In this document: positions 33,863-37,458 of the stretch, in pieces
How positions within the stretch are numbered: the first letter of the stretch is position 1
Layout of the letters: each line of letters opens with the position of its first letter
NCBI GenBank assembly: GCA_032718475.1
Contig: JAUCBJ010004970.1
Coordinates: forward strand, 1-37,458
Length of the DNA: 37,458 bases
Direction of reading: 5' to 3'
Source: Nemertoderma westbladi
Taxonomy: Eukaryota > Animalia > Xenacoelomorpha
Notes under the pieces: model-generated
Database searches by the model: none
Seen by the model: the letters and a program-made list of their open reading frames with translations, nothing else
Told to the model about the DNA's origin: nothing
Translations under genes and position numbers: made by a program

Positions 33863-35126
33863 TGTAACTATGTTCACGCTTTTAAGACCTTTGGCAGTTT
33901 AACCCGCCAAATCTATATGTCTTCTAGGTTATAAATCTACTTTAGCCTAGGACAAGTATTGAACACCTATAATAATTCTAACATTAGCCGAAGCCAGTCT
34001 GTGCGCGACCATTCACCCGCTGGATATACCCGGGAGACTGGATTCGGATGCTTTAATTTGATTGCGGTGCAGGCCTACCGTACTATTCGATTGATCGTTA
34101 ATATATAATCTCTGACAAATATTATTCACTTTCGGGAAATATTAGCAGTTCCTTTAGGACGTGGCGCTCTATCTATTTAAACAGAGCTATGACTTACACT
34201 ATACACAACGGTATGTCTTATAGATCACCAAAGTGCATTCTTTAGGAAATGCTTTGTTACTCGGTCAAGCACACACAGACTATTGCACACAACTGCACAC
34301 TGAATTGCCGATATTCACTGATTTTAATCATATATAAAGAGAATAACAACCGACATTTGTTGGGCATATTAAGTAGCATTGAACTCATTACAAACCATGA
34401 TAATGTATGTCGCAAATTGTTATATGTAACCGGTCTAACTAACCTTAGTGTATCAAGAAGATTGGGGTTTCGGATCGTTATCAATATTCTTCCCAATAAT
34501 AATATGTAAACGAACGATACAATGAACAACACAGTAAATAGCAGTAAATAATGCGGCGAAAAGCAGTTTACGTCAGGGTGCTTAATCAGGTGCCTGGCAA
34601 GCAAGAGTACTTAACCAAGATAACAGTTTGATGATCTTATAATTAAAGACGCTCTAATGTTAGAAAACATTCCACGGCCGGTGTTCTTAGGCGTGGGGGA
34701 AACGTCAGTACTGAGTCCTGTGATTCTGCTGTACAGCTTTTACACAAAGAGGAGATCTCTCATTGGTCAAACTGGCTGAGCCGAACAAAGAACCAAATCT
34801 CCTGGCAAAAAGCTCCCCGTGGACACAGCTGATAGATGTCGTCATTTGAGCTGAGCAGAACAAAGAACCAAGGCTCCGTGCAGAGGCTCCACGTGTACAG
34901 CTCAGCTATTAGCTGTCGTCATAGTAACTACACTGTTTTAAGAGTATTTCGGCTTTTGCGTCATAGAATTGCTAATTATGTCCGCTAAAGTACACATACA
35001 GAATGAATGGCCTTTTTTGTCCACTAAAACACCGGTACAGTAAGGAAACGGCTTTTATGTCCGTTAAAACACCTACAGAGTACTTTACGGGGAAAATAAC
35101 CAGCTAATTCCGCAAAAGCTTTTACA
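33863..35126 (-). repeat. Complete 3' LTR of BEL copy 2 (~1264 bp)
   Basis: TGTAA...TTACA ends, adjacent PPT. Confidence 0.85.
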
Positions 35127-35204
35127 CCGCTCCCAGAAAATGGGATTTAATTATATAAAATATAAAAAATCACAGTTTCTAAAATATAAAAATACTCTAA
35201 ACAG

Positions 35205-36490
35205 TTAGTCTTTCTTGCGCGGACGGCGTTTACGCAGTTTCTTGAGACTAGCAAGAGTCCTTTTCTCTTTGGGGCGAGCCACTTTACTAGGAGGGCTATA
35301 ACTCCTGGGTGAAGGGTGCAATACAATTGCATCAGAAGGTTTAGGGTTACGGTCAGTGTCTCGTCCATTTCGATATGCTTCTCCTCGAGCTGATTTTCCT
35401 CCGCTTGTCGTTGGACACGCTCGTCCAAAACTCTCGCAGAGAATAGGGTTGTCTAAGCTCGATATCTTCTTAGAGATTCGAGATTTCCCAATCGAACTTA
35501 GATAAAGCCAATTCGTTTACCGCTTAGACTTGCTGTTATAACTTACGTTTATCTGAACAAACGCAGGTTTCCTTTCTGATCTTTGTAGAATAGCGTTTAA
35601 CTCATTTCGTACAACGCTCTCCTTCACCTTGATGAAGGGTTGTATCGCGTTAAACTGGGACGACCATACGGTTGAATGGTGATATTAGGTGTCCGCGTCC
35701 CAATACGGCTAGGTAAGATGGGCGGCTAGCTAGAGCTCACTGCCGGAGTGTTACCGATTAATTGTTAGGGTAGCACTAGATCTTTGAACAGTGAATACAG
35801 CTCGTGAGGATCCATGATACCATCAGAATCGAAAGTCTGAGGTCTAATCAAGGAACGAGGTGGTCTGACCGAGTATTCCGGAACTCTGATCGTAGGTTTA
35901 CTCAAGGATCGTTTGAGCCGAGTGAGCGTAGGCGATACGTCGAATAAGTTTCGGTTTCCGTGGATGTTTATGTCTTTCCGTTTATTAGTTGGGTCTAGGG
36001 CATTTATCGTAATAATACCAAAGACGCACTTCTGTTAGGGGAAACGCGGGTGATATTTATTTGTTGTTACAATGCTTCTATCAAGAATTCCAAATATACG
36101 TTGGAGTTACCGCGTCCATTTGTTTATTTAGTGTCTTTTCTTTCGAGTCGATTTCGAATAGAATTTTCGCATTTGAATTTCAGTTTATGGTTCCGACTCC
36201 GCTGGGCAGGATATATGGTCGACATAGTTCGTATCGTGTAAATCGATAGAATGGCCAGTGGTTAAGAAGTCCATATACGTACCATTACGATGCGTATAGC
36301 GAGTAGTGAATTTTGTATATTCCAATTCACGCGTAAGTTGCTTCTAGGAAATCGACGGTTCGATATAACGACCATCGTCCTCCGTAGTAATTGGACTAGC
36401 GTCGCCGCGTATCAAGCTATCAACAAACGCTTGTAAAGGTAGAGTATATCGCTCCCCGATACCAAGACCATCTTCTATCAACTCCGTCAT
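35205..36490 (-). pseudogene. Accessory gene, copy 2 (stops and three deletions)
   Basis: Homologous to 1536-3058 with the same start and stop. Confidence 0.68.
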
Positions 36491-37458
36491 ATCTGCTATA
36501 TATGAGTTTATTAATATTATAATGAGCTTATAATTAGGCTAGCGAGCACCGCTGCCTACCCCAATCAGCCCCCGGGCAGTGTAAGATCCTCAGCGCAAAT
36601 GTATCGTCGTCACTGTGTTTTCACCAACGTTGTAGCTACACAATGACAACGACACTAGCACGAGTCACTCCACTGTCCGTCCCAAAGGCTTAGATACACT
36701 TCAGGTTCTTACTGGAGAGTTAGGGCTACTTTCACAATTGCGACTCGCTACTGTAAACACACCTTAGTAGTAACATTCACCTACAAACGCACAAATTCCA
36801 CGTAACTGTCACAAATTGTACACATTCTATCACACACTCGGGCCATTTGTCCGTTAGTCAGTGCCTTCCAGAATGTCACGTTATTATCATGTATCCTTGG
36901 ATACTAGCAGTGCGCTATTTATTCCTTATGCTATGCAATGGGCAAGCTTGCTATTGTTCTTTTTAACTTGCTTCTAATTCTAGCGTGGGTGTTACTATGG
37001 TGACATTATGGAAAGCTAGCGGTAGAATTAGGGTAATTCCAATGCATACAGATCTGGGATGCTATTTAATAGTAATTCTTTAATGGTCAATATCCCGTTT
37101 ATACATGATTTTATAAATTTTATCGGCTATTGACTCATACATTGGAGATTCTCACACTCTAACACACTTAATAGGATGAATCTCCGCTCCCGTGATCTAT
37201 TAATTAATGGGATTTTGGGAATGTTATAAATTGCATAAAATTGCAATTTATTAAATTCATTAAAATATGAATTTAAATTTATTCCCGTAAATTTTATTAT
37301 TTGATAGTTAAATTGACACAATTTGATTCCAGAGCATATCTGGGGACATATGATCCTTGATTCTATGAATTTGTCTTTTTAAGAGTATCGGTAAATGCTA
37401 CGATATCTTAATCGACTAGAATTGTTAAAGGATCTGAATTTTACAGATTTTGATTTAT

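Larger units (their letters stand above)
33863..37458 (-). mobile_element. BEL/Pao copy 2 (same family as copy 1), 3' end; continues beyond the window
   Basis: 33863-35126 aligns to 14802-16015; 35127-37458 aligns to 1458-~4015. Confidence 0.93.

Noticed and set aside
35147-35428. ORF-track frame ..LMQLYCTLHPGVIALLVKW.. as the accessory C-terminus
   Set aside because: Inter-copy differences fall mostly on second positions in this frame; the neighbouring basic-tail frame shows the synonymous bias.

Overview
AT-rich animal genomic DNA (probably an invertebrate), almost entirely transposon-derived. (1) A very large degraded BEL/Pao LTR retrotransposon lies on the minus strand (1356-16015, at least 14.7 kb, ~1.2 kb LTR). 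It has a broken gag-PR-RT-RNaseH-IN frame and an extra ~1.5 kb coding module between pol and the 3' LTR. A second, diverged copy of the same family starts at 33863 and runs off the window. (2) A pol-less, gag-only BEL-type LTR element lies on the plus strand (23287-29801). Its 3' region is an array of ~24 short covarying hairpins set in C-poor linkers. (3) Two frame-compatible exons of a host extracellular-protein gene (galactose-binding/discoidin-like end plus a calcium-binding EGF domain). (4) Two RTE-like LINE fragments, a Helitron-like element, a TTAA/Kolobok-type MITE, a CACTA-like terminus and several mini/satellites. Best leads: neither BEL family shows a tRNA primer-binding site, and each instead carries an LTR-internal sequence complementary to the LTR-end/PBS junction (candidate self-priming). 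The accessory gene shows synonymous-site bias between copies and signs of short introns. All alignments and counts were done by eye.
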